Source of the DNA: Cycas panzhihuaensis | Lineage: Eukaryota; Plantae; Cycadophyta | Reading direction: 5' to 3' | Length of the DNA: 64,000 nt | NCBI GenBank assembly: GCA_023213395.1 | Contig: CM041465.1 | Location: 252,347,741-252,411,740, forward strand | Shown here: positions 1 through 12,600 of the stretch, one piece after another | Numbering within the stretch: the stretch's first letter is position 1 | Layout: each line of letters begins with the position of its first letter | Notes under the pieces: model-generated | The model's database searches: none | What the model was told of the DNA's origin: nothing | What the model saw: the letters and a program-made list of their open reading frames with translations, nothing else | Made by a program: the position numbers and the translations under genes

Positions 1-641
1 ACCAATACCCTAGAACACAAAGAAACAACTAACAATTTCTATATTTACAACAAAAGTCAAATACAAAGCAATTGAATCAACAAGAAAACAAGTAATATGG
101 CTTAAAAGAATTTTTAAAAACCTTCATCAACCTTAGCAAGAACCAACATTGATCTTTTATGATAATCAAAGTATAATACAAATGACCAAAACTCTAGTTG
201 TTCATAACAAAATAAAACATATTGATATCAAATATCATTACATCAAAGAATTCATCCAAGTTCAACATGTTCAAATTTAATATTATAAGACAAAAGACTA
301 GATTATAGATATTTTTACTAAAGCATTGTCAAAGGCCAAGCATCTCTAACTCAAATAAAATCTTAGTATACAACCAAATATATATTATAGGAGAGTATTA
401 GAATATAATACACATTCAATATAATTAGCTAAGTAAAAGATCATGTATAATTGGTCAACATAAAGGCTAAATATTATTGGTTATAAGTGCAATAAATAAT
501 TTTATATATGCCCATAACATGACTATGAATACATCTACAAAGAGAGATATAAAGAGATTATAATTGAAGTCCATAATAGTATTATTTTGATATTATTCTA
601 TTGTTCCTAAGGTGTGATATCTTGTGGTTACATTTCTAACA
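1..641 (+). mobile_element. 3' end of a degenerate Ty1/copia LTR retrotransposon (RNase H remnant, PPT, 3' LTR); 5' part lies outside the window
   Basis: ~190-330 reads like copia RNase H (VVHNKIKHIDIKYHYIKE...IDIFTKAL). A purine tract AGGAGAG (389-395) is followed by an LTR bounded by TATTAGAA...TTCTAACA. Confidence 0.8.
396..641 (+). repeat. 3' LTR (246 bp) of the first copia element
   Basis: Terminal inverted repeat T(G>A)TTAGAA / TTCTAACA directly after the PPT. The partner LTR is not in the window. Confidence 0.7.
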
Positions 642-3600
642 ATACTTAAGTTTAATGGTACTAATTTTGTAAATCAAACTAATAAGATGAAGCCTATTTT
701 TATATCAAAAGATATGTAGGAGTTAATTAAATATATATATAGTATAATTGATCCTAATGCTACTATAGATGAGAAGAAGACCTTTAAGGAGAATGAAAAA
801 AGGGACAATAAATCTAGGGCATTCATCTTCTATACTTTAGAGGACCACATCTTCCTAAGATTCAATGATATGACTATATCAAAGGAGGCATGGAATGCTT
901 TGAAGACCACCTACGAAGGAGCTACTACAATAAAACTTCAAACACTAAGGACCAGATTAAAGAATTATAGAGTGAACAATAATGAAGGGATTAATGATTT
1001 CATAACCAAAGCATAAGACTTAGTTAATCAAATTAAGGCTTTGAGAGAAGTTATTAGTAAACAAAAAAATGTTCAAAAAAATTCTAAGTTGTCTTAGTGA
1101 CATTAAGAGAATTGAGATAGTAACTACAAATATTAAGTTCTATAAAGATCTTACAATACTCAAGGTTAATCAACTTAGTAATATGTTATTAGTTGTTAAA
1201 GAGAAGAAAGTTAGTAGTAAGTCCTTAGAATATGCATTTACCACTAAAACAGAGATTAAGTCATCTTATGAAGGTTAAAGTTCTAGGGAAAGAGGTCAAT
1301 CTTCTAGAGGAAGAGGATAACATTTTAGAAACTAATGGCAATTTCATCAAGGATAAGGTTAATTTTATCAAGGTCAAGGTCAATACCATGAAGGACAAGG
1401 TCATGGACAAAGATAATTCTATTAAGGCCAATTTAATCAAGGTTAAGGATAAGGTTTTAGACCTCAAGGAAGAGGTAGAGGACAGAGACTAAGGAAAAGG
1501 AGTCTTAGAGGTAGAAGAAGAGAAATAATATAATGTTTATATTACCATTGAAATGGACACTTAGAAAATAATTATTTTATAATAAGATCCAACATGCAAA
1601 AAGGAGCAGTAAATATAGTAGTTAAAGAACAAAGGAAGACTGAAAGACATTTTCTATCAAGTTTAATGACCAATGAAAAGGAGGATATTTGGTATATTGA
1701 TTCAAGTTGCTCTACTCATATGATACATAGGAAAGAATAGGTTAAAGAGTTGGATAATGTTCAAATAAGTAAAATCATATTTAGGGATACTAATATTCAA
1801 GCTATAATAGGTAAATGGAACGTAGCCATCCAAATAGATTTAAAAGAGACTAAGTGCATTAATAATATACTTCATATTCTTGTACTAAAAAAAGATTTTA
1901 TTATTAGCTAGATAAATGATGAAACAAGAGTATTAAGTTATCTTTCACAATGGTGAGTGCATCATTAGGGATAAGTTAAAGAATGAGGAAATAGTTGTTA
2001 AGGGTCAAAAGATAAATGATAGGTTATTTAAGATAATAATACCCCTAAATGACTATTATTCTTTAAAGATATCAATTTATATAGATAATAAGATATGCCA
2101 TAAAATATTTGGTTATGTGAACTACAACAACTTAACATTAATAAAAAAGATAAAAATTGTGATGGATCTACCTAATATTGAGGGATGTATACTAGGCAAA
2201 CACTAAAGGGAAGGATTTTCTAATGACAACTATAGGGCAAATAGGCCTATTTAACTAGTATACATAAATTTATATGGATCAATATATGTAGTATCACTTG
2301 GAAGAGCTAAGTACTTTATAACTTTTATTCATGACTTCACAAGAATAACATGGGTTAATTTTCTTAAGTTCAAATTAGATGCATTTTAATGCTTTATTAA
2401 TTTTTAAGTGATGATCAAAAAGCAAAATGGCTATAAAATATTAACATGTAGATCTAATAAAAGGGGAGAATTCATTTTAAATGAATTTAAGGACTATTGT
2501 AAGTACTATGGGATAAGGAAGTAACTCACTAATCCTTACACCCCATAATAAAATAAAGTAGTAAAAATAAAAAATAAAACCATTGTTAAGATGGCTAAGA
2601 GCATGCTTAAGGATAAGCATTTTGGCAATGAGTATTGGGCATAAGTTGTTCATACAATTATTTGTATGTTAAACGAATGCATAACAAAGGTAGTTAGATG
2701 GGTCACACTTGAAAAGGCTTATACAAGTTACAAACCAAGTATTAGGCATTTAAGAGTTTTTAGATACATAGTTTATATACATATTCCTGAATAAAAAAGG
2801 ATAAAGTTAAATGATAAAAGCACTATGTGCATATTTATAGGATATAGTGTACATCGAGATCCTACAAATTATATGACCCTAAGGGTAAAGGAATCATCTT
2901 GAGTAGGGATGTCATTTTTAATGAAGATGAATTCTATCAAAAGGAAGTTATTGAAAAAGATAAAGGTAAAAGCATTATAGTTGATATAGAACCTAACTCA
3001 AATGGTATAGATATACCTAATACAAGTGGAGAAAATCCATCTACTTTAAATCAAAGGGTTCCAAAATAAAGGGTTCCAAAATGGATGCAAAGGGGTCATA
3101 ATCCTCAAGATATCTTAGACACTAACATTGAGAGAAGAATAACTAGATCTCAAAGGGTAAATTTTGCATGTATGGCTTAAGTTATAGAGTCAAATGAGCC
3201 TTAAAACTTTAAAGAGGGAAATAGTTAGGATGAATGCAAAAAAGTAATAAAAGAGGAATATATTGCCTTAGTGAAAAATGACACTTAGGAGTTGGCTTAC
3301 CACCAAGGAAGAATGGCATTAGGACAAAATGGATTGACAATACCAAGTACAAGTTAGATGAGTCAATTAACAAGTATAAGGCATGATTAATTACAAAGGG
3401 ATGTACTTAAGTTAAAGACATAATCTATAATGAAACATTTACACTAATTTTAAGGTTAGAGACAATCTGATTAATCATGGCCTTAGCTACATAATAGGGT
3501 GAAATAATCCATCAGATGGATGTAAAGAGTGCATTTCTAAATGGATATATTAATAAGGAGATATATTTGCAATAACTTGAGGGTTTTAAAGGGAAAAGAA

Positions 3601-3793
3601 AGGAAGATAAGGTCTATAGACTTTAAAAGGCCTTATATAGACTTAAGCAAGTACCCAAAGCCTAGTACTTTAGAATTTATAAGTACTTCAAGGATAAAAG
3701 ATTTCTAAGGAGCTAATTAGCCCCCATCTTGTATATAAAATTAGAAGAAAGCTTAATATTGATTGTGGGCCTATATATAGATCACCTAGTATA

Positions 3794-4298
3794 TGTTAGA
3801 TATGTTGAACACTTTACAAATGTTACATGGATATAAGCATTACACGCAAGCCCCTTTATGGGGTCTGGGGGCCCATTATAGGGCCCCCAGCTGGGGGTTC
3901 TAGGGGGCCAATGCCCCCCCAAGTAGGGGTTCAGGGGCAGGAGCCCCCGAGAAAAATTTTTAGGTGTTTTATGGGGGTTTTTTAATTGGCCCATTGTTTA
4001 TGCCCATTGTATTGTAAAACTGCAAGGCGGTATCTTGTAATGTTATGTTTATATATTCTTATATAATGGCACATGTAACATGATAATGATATAGTCGTGG
4101 ATGAGTTGAGGAGAGGAGTTGGGATTCATTCATCTCTGTAATTCTTTAGTTGTTACTCAGATTAATAAAAGGTCTATGCTTAGACCTAAATCTCTTGGTG
4201 TTCTTTGTTGAGTGCTTGATTTATTCATGTTATTTGTTCTTTGCATGATTTAAAATTCTATTATCACACTGCTTCTGTAGTTATATATTTTCTCTTCA
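3794..4298 (+). repeat. Copia-B 5' LTR (505 bp)
   Basis: TGTTAGATATG...TCTCTTCA, followed by the PBS; direct repeat of 14683-15186. Confidence 0.95.
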
Positions 4299-4384
4299 TT
4301 TGGTATCAGAGCTAAGGGTTTTAGTTCTATGAGAAGCCATCTGGTAAATGTGAGCCTTGTGCGGTGAACTTGAGTACGAAGATC

Positions 4385-7300
4385 ATGGCAAGTACTACAA
4401 AGATGGAGATTGAAAAGTTCAATGGCCAGAACTTTGAGCTGTGGAAGCTAAAGATGGAAGATATCCTTATCGAGAAGGATCAGTAGATCGTTATAGTAGG
4501 AACAAAGCATGTGACTATGGATGATGAAGACTAGAAGAAGCTTGATCGAAAGGCAATCAGTTCGATAAGGTTATTTCTTTTAGACATGGCATTGTTGAAT
4601 GTTTCCAAAGAGTCTACAGCCAAAGATTTGTGGAGAAAGTTAGAGGCTTTGTATCAAACAAAGTCCCTGCTTAATAAGTTATTTCTTCAGAAAAAGTTAT
4701 ATTCACTCAGGATGGCTGATGGAGATACAATTACAGATAATCTCACTACATTTAACACTGTGGTGAGCTAGTTTATTTCAGTTGGGGTAACAATGTCTAA
4801 AGAAGATAAGTGTATTACCCTATTATGTTTGCTTCCTAACTCTTGGGATAATTTTATGATGACAATTAGCATCATAGCTACTACCACCCTAAAATTTGAT
4901 GATGTAGTTGCTGCTCTACTATCAGAAGAGATAAGGCAAAGATCTTCTAAGGCTTATTCAAAAGAAGCATTAGTTATGAGAGGTCGAATGTTAGATCGTG
5001 ACCAACAAAGGACTAGGAATAGACATCCAAAATCCAGAGGAAAATCCAAATCTCCAGGTAGAGGACCTTTGGTATGCTAAAGATATGGGAAGGCTGGCCA
5101 TATGAAGAGCTAGTGTCCAGTCAAGGTTTACAAGGAAAAGTCACCTGAAACTACTTCTTCCATGGTAACAAAAGCCTCTGATGAAGCTAATGGTAATGCT
5201 TATTTGGAAACCTTAAGTAAGTTATCAAATATTGAGTCTTGGTTCATTGACTCTGGTGCTTCGCTTCATATTACTCTATATAGGGACTGGTTTTGTGAAT
5301 ACACAAGGATTGATAGAGGTGAGGTATTTCTTGGGGATCATTACCCATATAAAATTATGGGTCGTGGAAGGATAAAGGTTTAATTTGGGGATAAAAGGGT
5401 TAAAACTATCTCTGATGTGAGTCATATTCCTAGTTTGGCTATGAGTCTATTATCTATCAGTTAATTGGGTGATGTAGGAATAGAAGTGATCTTCAATAAA
5501 GATAGTTGCAGAATGGTTCGAGGAGCATTGGTGTTAGTAAGAGGGGTCCGATTTGGAATACTATACAAGCTTGATGCAAGTATAGTATGTGTTGGAAGTT
5601 ACAATCTAGCTATTATAGAAAGTAATAATAATAAAGGTAGGACTCAAATATCACTTACTGGTAAAACTATGTTGTGGCATAAGAGATTGGGCCATATTGG
5701 AGAGAAAGGCCTCCATGATTTATTCTCCAAAGGTATAACAGAATACATCTCTGGAATTAATAGCTCCTTCGATTTTGATTTCTATGAGCATTATGTGTAT
5801 GGAAAACATAATCGAGTTAGTTTTCCTTCAAGTTCGAAGAGAGCAAAGGTTATTTTGCAATTAGTGCATAGTGATATTTTTGGACCTCTTGATGTACCCT
5901 CATTGGGTGGGTCCAAATACTTTGTCTCATTTATAGATCATTTCTCGAGAAAGACATGGTTATACTTTCTTAAGCAGAAATTTGAAATCTTTAGTAAATT
6001 CAAAGAATTCAAGGCCTTGGTTAAGAATCAGAGTGACAGGTAGATCAAGGTACTAAGGATTGATAACCAAGGTAAATTTTTTTCAAAGGAGTTTGAGCAG
6101 TTCTGTAAGTAATGTAGGATAGTAAGGCAAAAGGTAATTCCCTATATGCCACAACAAAATAGAGTTACTGAAAGGATGAATAGGACCTTGCTGGAGAGAT
6201 CGAGGAGTATGCTCAGTGCTGTTGGATCAGAGAAGAAATTTTGGGCAGAGGCTGTTATGACTGCAAGCTACCTGATAAATAGATCATCGACAACTGCCTT
6301 AGTGCACAAAACACCTAAAAAAGTGTGGTCTGGTAAGAAACCATCTCTTAGTAATCTTAGAGTTTTTGGTTATGAAGCTTTTGTGCATGTTCCTAAACAA
6401 CAAAGGACTAAGCTTGATTTTAAAGCACAAAAGACTATTTTCATTAGCTATGGTGATGGTGTTAAAGAGTATAAGATTTATAACTTTGAAACACAAAAGG
6501 TTATGTATAGCCATGATTTTGTATTTAGAGAGGAGTTTAAGTTTCTAAAGCAGGATGAAGAACCAAAGGAGGAACACTCTAAGAAAGTATAATTTGAAGT
6601 AAGGGATGAAGATTCTACATTAGAATATGAGTCAGCTAAAGAGGAAGAACCAATTATAGAGGTAGCTCAACCTCAAGAACCCCACATCTTGAGGAGATTA
6701 AGTCGTGAGAGAAGATAGCCTAGCAGGGATATTCCTAAAGACTTTCTCATTCCTCTTTTGTTTTATGTACTATAGATGATGATCTAGGTACTATTCAGAA
6801 GGCTTTAGAGTCAAAAGAGAGCCAACTCTAGATGAAGGCCATGCAAGAGGAAATGATAACCTTGGACAAAAATAATACGTGGGATTTTGTGGATCTACCT
6901 GATGGCAGAAAAACTATTGATAACAAATGGATCTTCAAGAAGAAGTTCTAGGCGGATGGTATTGTGGAAAAGTATAAGGATCGCTTGGTAGCAAAGAGCT
7001 ATTCCCAAGTTAAGGGAATAGATTTTGGTAAGGTATTTTCTCCTATTGCAAAAGTTGCTTCAATTAGATTCTTATTGGCTGTAGCAGCTGCCTATGACCT
7101 TGAAGTAGATCAAATGGATGTAAAGATTACATTTCTTCATAGTGACCTCAAGGAAGAAATTTATATGTTATAGCCTAAAGGGTTTAAAGTTGTAGGGAAG
7201 GAGAATATGGTATGCAAGTTGAAGAACTCATTATACAGCTTAAAACAGTCACCAAGGATGTGGTACCAAAATTTTGATTCACATATGTTGGTGGATGGCT

Positions 7301-7790
7301 TTGTGCATAGCAAAGCAAATCATTGTATTTATTATGAGTAGGTTGGTGATCATTTTGTTATTTTGGTTTTATATGTTGATGACATGCTTTTAGTTGGTAA
7401 TAATAAAGGAATGAACCAACTTGTAAAAGACCAACTAGCATCTCACATTGATATCAAGGACCTTAGTACTGCACATTTTATTTTGGACATTGAGATTAAA
7501 AGGAATAGGAGAAATAGGAAGACTTGGCTTAGCCAAAGACGGTATATTGAGATAATATTACAACGATTCAAGTTGCAAGATAGTAAACCAATTAATACTC
7601 CTCTTCCTACTAGTTTAAAATTATGAGTTGAACAATGCCCAAAGACTCACTAAGAAGTTGAAGACATGGCATTTGTCCCTTATGCTAGTGCTCTCAATAG
7701 CCTAATGTATGCAATGGTTTACACTTGACTAGATATTGCCCATACAGTGGGAGTAGTTAGTAGGTATATGCCAAACCCAGGCAGGGAGCA
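4385..7790 (+). pseudogene. Copia-B gag-pol pseudogene, first part (Gag, PR, IN, RT)
   Basis: ORF fragments 4586-4771, 4793-5080, 5162-5383, 5465-6043, 6146-6592, 6964-7173 and 7363-7626 carry copia motifs in order, broken by stops. Confidence 0.9.
6291..7790 (+). repeat. ~1.5 kb direct duplication, copy 1 (IN C-terminus to RT); copy 2 at 12601-14066
   Basis: Both copies start CAACTGCCTTAGT and align to ...GGGAGCA. About 24 differences in the first 240 nt by hand count. Confidence 0.92.
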
Positions 7791-8023
7791 TGTATCAGAC
7801 CTAGTTTAAAAAAACTAGGAAAAGGGAAAAGGAAACAAGTAAGGTGCAGAGAGCTTTGAACAGATAATAATATTAAGTAATATTGATATAAAATGAGATG
7901 ATCTTTACAATATGTCAATGGTTGTATATATAGGTATATTAGACCCTTTGTTTATCAAGGGACATGACCTTTAAATATAACCCTTCATCCAATATGATTA
8001 ACAATTGTAAAAGGCTCATAACA
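7791..8023 (-). repeat. 3' LTR (233 bp) of the chromovirus
   Basis: TGTTATGAGCC...GGTCTGATACA on the minus strand, immediately after the PPT and ending exactly where copia RT is interrupted. Confidence 0.75.
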
Positions 8024-11000
8024 ATTCCTCCCTCTCAAGATGTTTTGCCCACGACACTCTCGTTTCTCAAATTAGGATGCAATTTGATAAAATGATAGGA
8101 TTCCTAGGAAGCATCTTCGATAGGTAATTGTTTCCATTTGACCAAATATTCTCAAATAGTTTTTCACCGTAGCCAATGTTCTCAGACTTCAAGGATAGTT
8201 TTTGGTAATAAGATTAATTTACCTTCTTCATCTAAGAGAGGAAAGCCTGTTTGTACCTGTACATGATCTCCAATTTTCTTTTTAAGACATGACACATGAA
8301 ATACATTGTGTAATTTTGAGGTTGGAAGTTCTAAGGCATAAGCCATTGTTCCAAATTTTTGTTGAACCTGAAAAGGACCATAAAATCGAGGACTCAATTT
8401 CTATTTTTGAGAATTTTTTAATGATGCTTGCTTGTATGGTTGCAATCTCACATAGATCCAATCTCTGATTTTGAATATTCTCTCGATACGATTTTTATCA
8501 GCTTGTTGTTTCATACGATTTCTTGCTTCTTCTAAATGTCGCTTTAATATTTGAATGCTATTCTGTGATTCCTGGAGATAGTCATTAACTGTTGGAACCT
8601 TATTATCCTTGTTTAACTATTCTTTTAATTGAGTTGGTTGGTAGCCATATAATGCTTGATAAGGGGTCATTTTAATGGATGAATGGTAAGAAGAGTTATA
8701 CTATGCTTCAGCTAAATGTAACCATTTGGCCCATAAATGTTGTTTATATGTTACATAATTCGGTAAATAATTCTCTAAACATTTGTTAACTACTTTGGTT
8801 TGTCCATCTATTTGTGGATGATAACTGGTACTCATATCTAGTTTTGTACCTACTTTGAGAAACATTTCTTACCAAAAATGACTTAAAATCTTGGGATCTC
8901 TATCGCTAATAATGGTCTGTGGAAAGCCATGTAACTTGTGAATTTCTTTAATAAATATTTTGGCTAATTGCTAAGCTTCATAATTAGATTGAATGGGTAT
9001 GAAATGAGCTAACTTTGTTAAATGATCCACAACCATATAGATATCATCTTTCCCTTCTGATTTTGGTAAACCTGTGATAAAATCCATGCTAATACTTTCC
9101 CACTTTTGTTGTGGAATAGGAACAGGCTAGAGCAGACCAGGAGTCACAATACGTTCATATTTATTGACTTGGCATATTGTGCATTCAGTTACAAATTTCT
9201 TTATATCATTTTTTATTCCTTTCCAAAAAAAAGATTGTTTGGCTCGCAAATACGTTTTATAAAATCCTTCATGTCCTGCGGCAGGTACTACATGTGCTTC
9301 ATTTAATATCTTGTTACGAAAAGCTGAGTTTAGACCTAAGAATATTCATCCTTTATACCATAAAATATCATTTCTCCATTCAAATTTGTCTTCTTTTCCT
9401 TGTTGAATTCTTTGAATGAGCTGTTGAATGTCAGGATCTTTCACATATTCTAATTGTAAATCCATGATCCATACTAGTTCTATCATTGAGACAACCTTTA
9501 GTTGAGATTCTGAACTCTCTTTATATTTCTATGAGAAGGCATCAGCTACCACATTATTTTTACCCATGTTGTATGTTATGTCGAAATCAAATGCTTGAAT
9601 TTTACTTATCCATTTTTGTTGCTCAGGAGATAATTCTTTTTGTTTCAATAAATATTGTAAACTATTATGATCTGTCATGACTAAAAATTTGCTACCTAGT
9701 AGATACTGATGCCATTTAACTAAAGCGCGTATAATGGCCAGCATTTCTTTATCATAGGTTAATTTAAGAATTTCTTAGTTGTTTAGCTTCCTACTTTCAA
9801 ATACAATGGGTTTATCTTCTTGCATTAGTACTACATCGATTCCTATTCCTAATACATCACATTCTATTATAAAAATTTTAGAAAAATTAGGTGATATAAG
9901 CATTGGTAACTAAGCCATTATTTGCTTGACTTATTTGAAACACTTTATTGCTTCTTCATTCTATTAAAAAGAATCATTTTTTAATAAACAAGTTAAGACA
10001 GTTGTTCTTTGTACATAATTTTTTATAAAATATCAATAATATCCTGTTAAACCCAGAAATCCTCGGAGTTTCATAATATTTTTGGGTATCGGCCATTCTT
10101 GAATTGCATTAACTTTCCCCAGACCAACTCTAATTCCTTCTTTTGATATAATATGAACTAAATATTCTATTTCTTTCATTCCAAAATAACATTTCGATTT
10201 GTTAGCATAGAATTTTTGTTTCTTCAAGGTGCTCAGTACTTGGTCAAGATGATTCATATGTTCTCCTCATTATTTACTGAATATTAATATGTCCTCAAAG
10301 AAGACTAAGACAAACTTATGTAAGAAAGGTTTCAAAACTTGATTCATTATAGCTTGGAATGTGGCTGGTGCATTGGTTAGGCCAAAGGGCATTACCTTGA
10401 ATTCATAATAACCATGGTGTGTACTGAAGGTTGTTTTGTATGTATCTTCCGGTTTAATATGAATTGGATGATAACCTAATTTTAAATCAATTTTTGAAAA
10501 ATATTATGCTCCATGTAATTCATCTAATAACTCATCAATTCTTGGTATAGGAAATTTATTTTTTATTGTAACTTTATTTAGTGCTCGATAGTCTATGCAC
10601 ATACGATAAGATCCATCTTTTTTTCTTACTAAGATTACCAGTGTTGCAAATGGGCTTTTACTAGGAGTTATTGCTCCTATATCTAATAATTCTTGTACGA
10701 TCTTTTTAATCTCATTCCGATAATGATGTGGTTATTTGTAGGGCTGGATAACAATCAGATTAGTGCCTGCTTCCAATTCAATTTGATGTTCAAATCCCCT
10801 ATCTGATGGTAATTCTGTTAGAATATTTTGAAAAACTTCTTTATGTTTCTGAATGACCTTTTATGGTTTATTTTCTTGTGTAGTTGGTTTAATTTCTACA
10901 TAGATCAAAAAAAGTTTAGCCATCATACCACGATGGCCCTTCTTGATTAATTTTTCTATTTTTTTACAGGATATCAGTTGGCTATTTCCAGGTTTTTCTC

Positions 11001-12600
11001 CTTGAAGGACGATAATTCTTCCATCTTTCTTATATCTCATAAATAATTCTTCAAGATTCATCTCAAAAGTTCCCAAAGTTTATAACTATTGACTTCCCAG
11101 AACAATATTTACTCCACCAACATCTAATACATAAAAATTTTCTTTAAGAATAGCATCACCAATTGAGATTTTAAGGTTTTCCATCATTCCTTATCCAACT
11201 ATAACCTGTCGCCCTCCAACACTTACTTAAAAAGGTATTATTCTGGATGGAAATAATTTTAAGTGTTGAGTTGATATTCTATCAATAAAATTATGAGTAC
11301 TTCTGGGATCGCTCAAAATTATAATAGCTTGAATTTTAATAAATCCTTGTAGTTTAAGCGTGTCAGACCTTGTCAAACCACTCATAGCCGAGAATGACAT
11401 TTCTAAGATGTCCTCCTCCTGGTTATATTGGTACTCCTTATTTTTAATATTTTCTTGGCCACATTCGGTATCATCCTCTTCTTTAATTTTCTCATCATCT
11501 GTTATTAGAGATAATTCGATCGTATATAATTGATTTTTCTAACATTTATAATTAGGTGTCCATTTTTCAGCACACCTGAAACTGAGATTCTTTTTCTGTA
11601 ATTCTTCTTGCTCGGTTCTTGTTCTTTGAAGTAATGGTTTAACTGGCCAAGTAACTCTGTTAGGTACAAGACCAAGTCATATAACTGAAGGGGGATTAGA
11701 ATGAGTATATGGAGGAATATAGGGTCTTGTTCTTGCCTTCCATAATTCATTGATCTTTCCTTCCTCTATTTTGGCTAGTTGTATTGCCTTATTCAGATCC
11801 TAAGGTTCTTGAATTTTAACATGGGCTTGGATTTCTATTATCAGACCACTTATATATAGTTGGATAAGTCAATTAGGTAGAATATCTTCTAACACATAGA
11901 TTAGCCTCGTGAATTCTACATTGTATTCTTCCACAGAACCCGTTTGCTTTAATTTTCATAACTCATAATAATAATCACGATTAGATACGGTTTCAAATCT
12001 CTCAATGAATAAACACATGAATTCTTTCCATGTAGGTAATTGATCTCAAAAAGAGGTTCGTTCAAGACACTGCCACCATTCACACGCTATACCATCCATG
12101 TGTAGAGTGGCTATCAGAACTTTCTCTACTGGCTCAATCTCCATTAAATGGAAATAGTTTTCCATTTGTTGTATCCACACTCTCGGTTCATGTGATTTTT
12201 GCTCCAAACTGAAATGTTGTATAGTAATTTTTTCTAACTTTTTCTTTTTCTATATTTGAATACTTTGTAGGCAGTTGAAGTAAGCTTGAAAACCTACTAT
12301 CTTGTGTTCTTCAGGAGTTAAATTACGATATTTGTTAAGATGCTTTCTGATATCCTCATTTAAAAAATTAATCGGCGATAATTAAGGCTCCAACTAGTTT
12401 CTTGTAGTTTGATGTCTAATATGTGATTGACGACTCGTTGCATCATCTTCTTAATCTGGCACAATCATATCCTCCTTCTTACTAGTCACTATGATTGTTA
12501 GTTTATCTAAAATTTGGTGTAAAGTATGATTCAAGAGAACATATAACGTTTGGACCACAATGTGGACTGCTTGAGTGATTGGTTTAATTAGCATCACAGC
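7791..12600 (-). mobile_element. Ty3/gypsy chromovirus (Reina-like), degenerate, 5' LTR missing
   Basis: On the minus strand: Gag (WIQQMENYF..EWW ~12180-12070), PR (STHNFID ~11300), RT ([10 protein letters not shown] ~10300), RH (MLAIIRALVKWHQYLLG), IN with GPF motif ([10 protein letters not shown]) and chromodomain (EYLVKWKQLPIEDAS*E ~8150-8100). PPT GAGAGGGAGGAA at 8036-8025. Confidence 0.9.

Noticed and set aside
3053-3082. 15-bp tandem duplication AAAGGGTTCCAAAAT in Copia-A
   Set aside because: Real, but an ordinary slippage or repair scar in a dead element.
3770-3793. Copia-B inserted next to the Copia-A RT catalytic motif, as targeted inactivation
   Set aside because: A single event that cannot be distinguished from chance.
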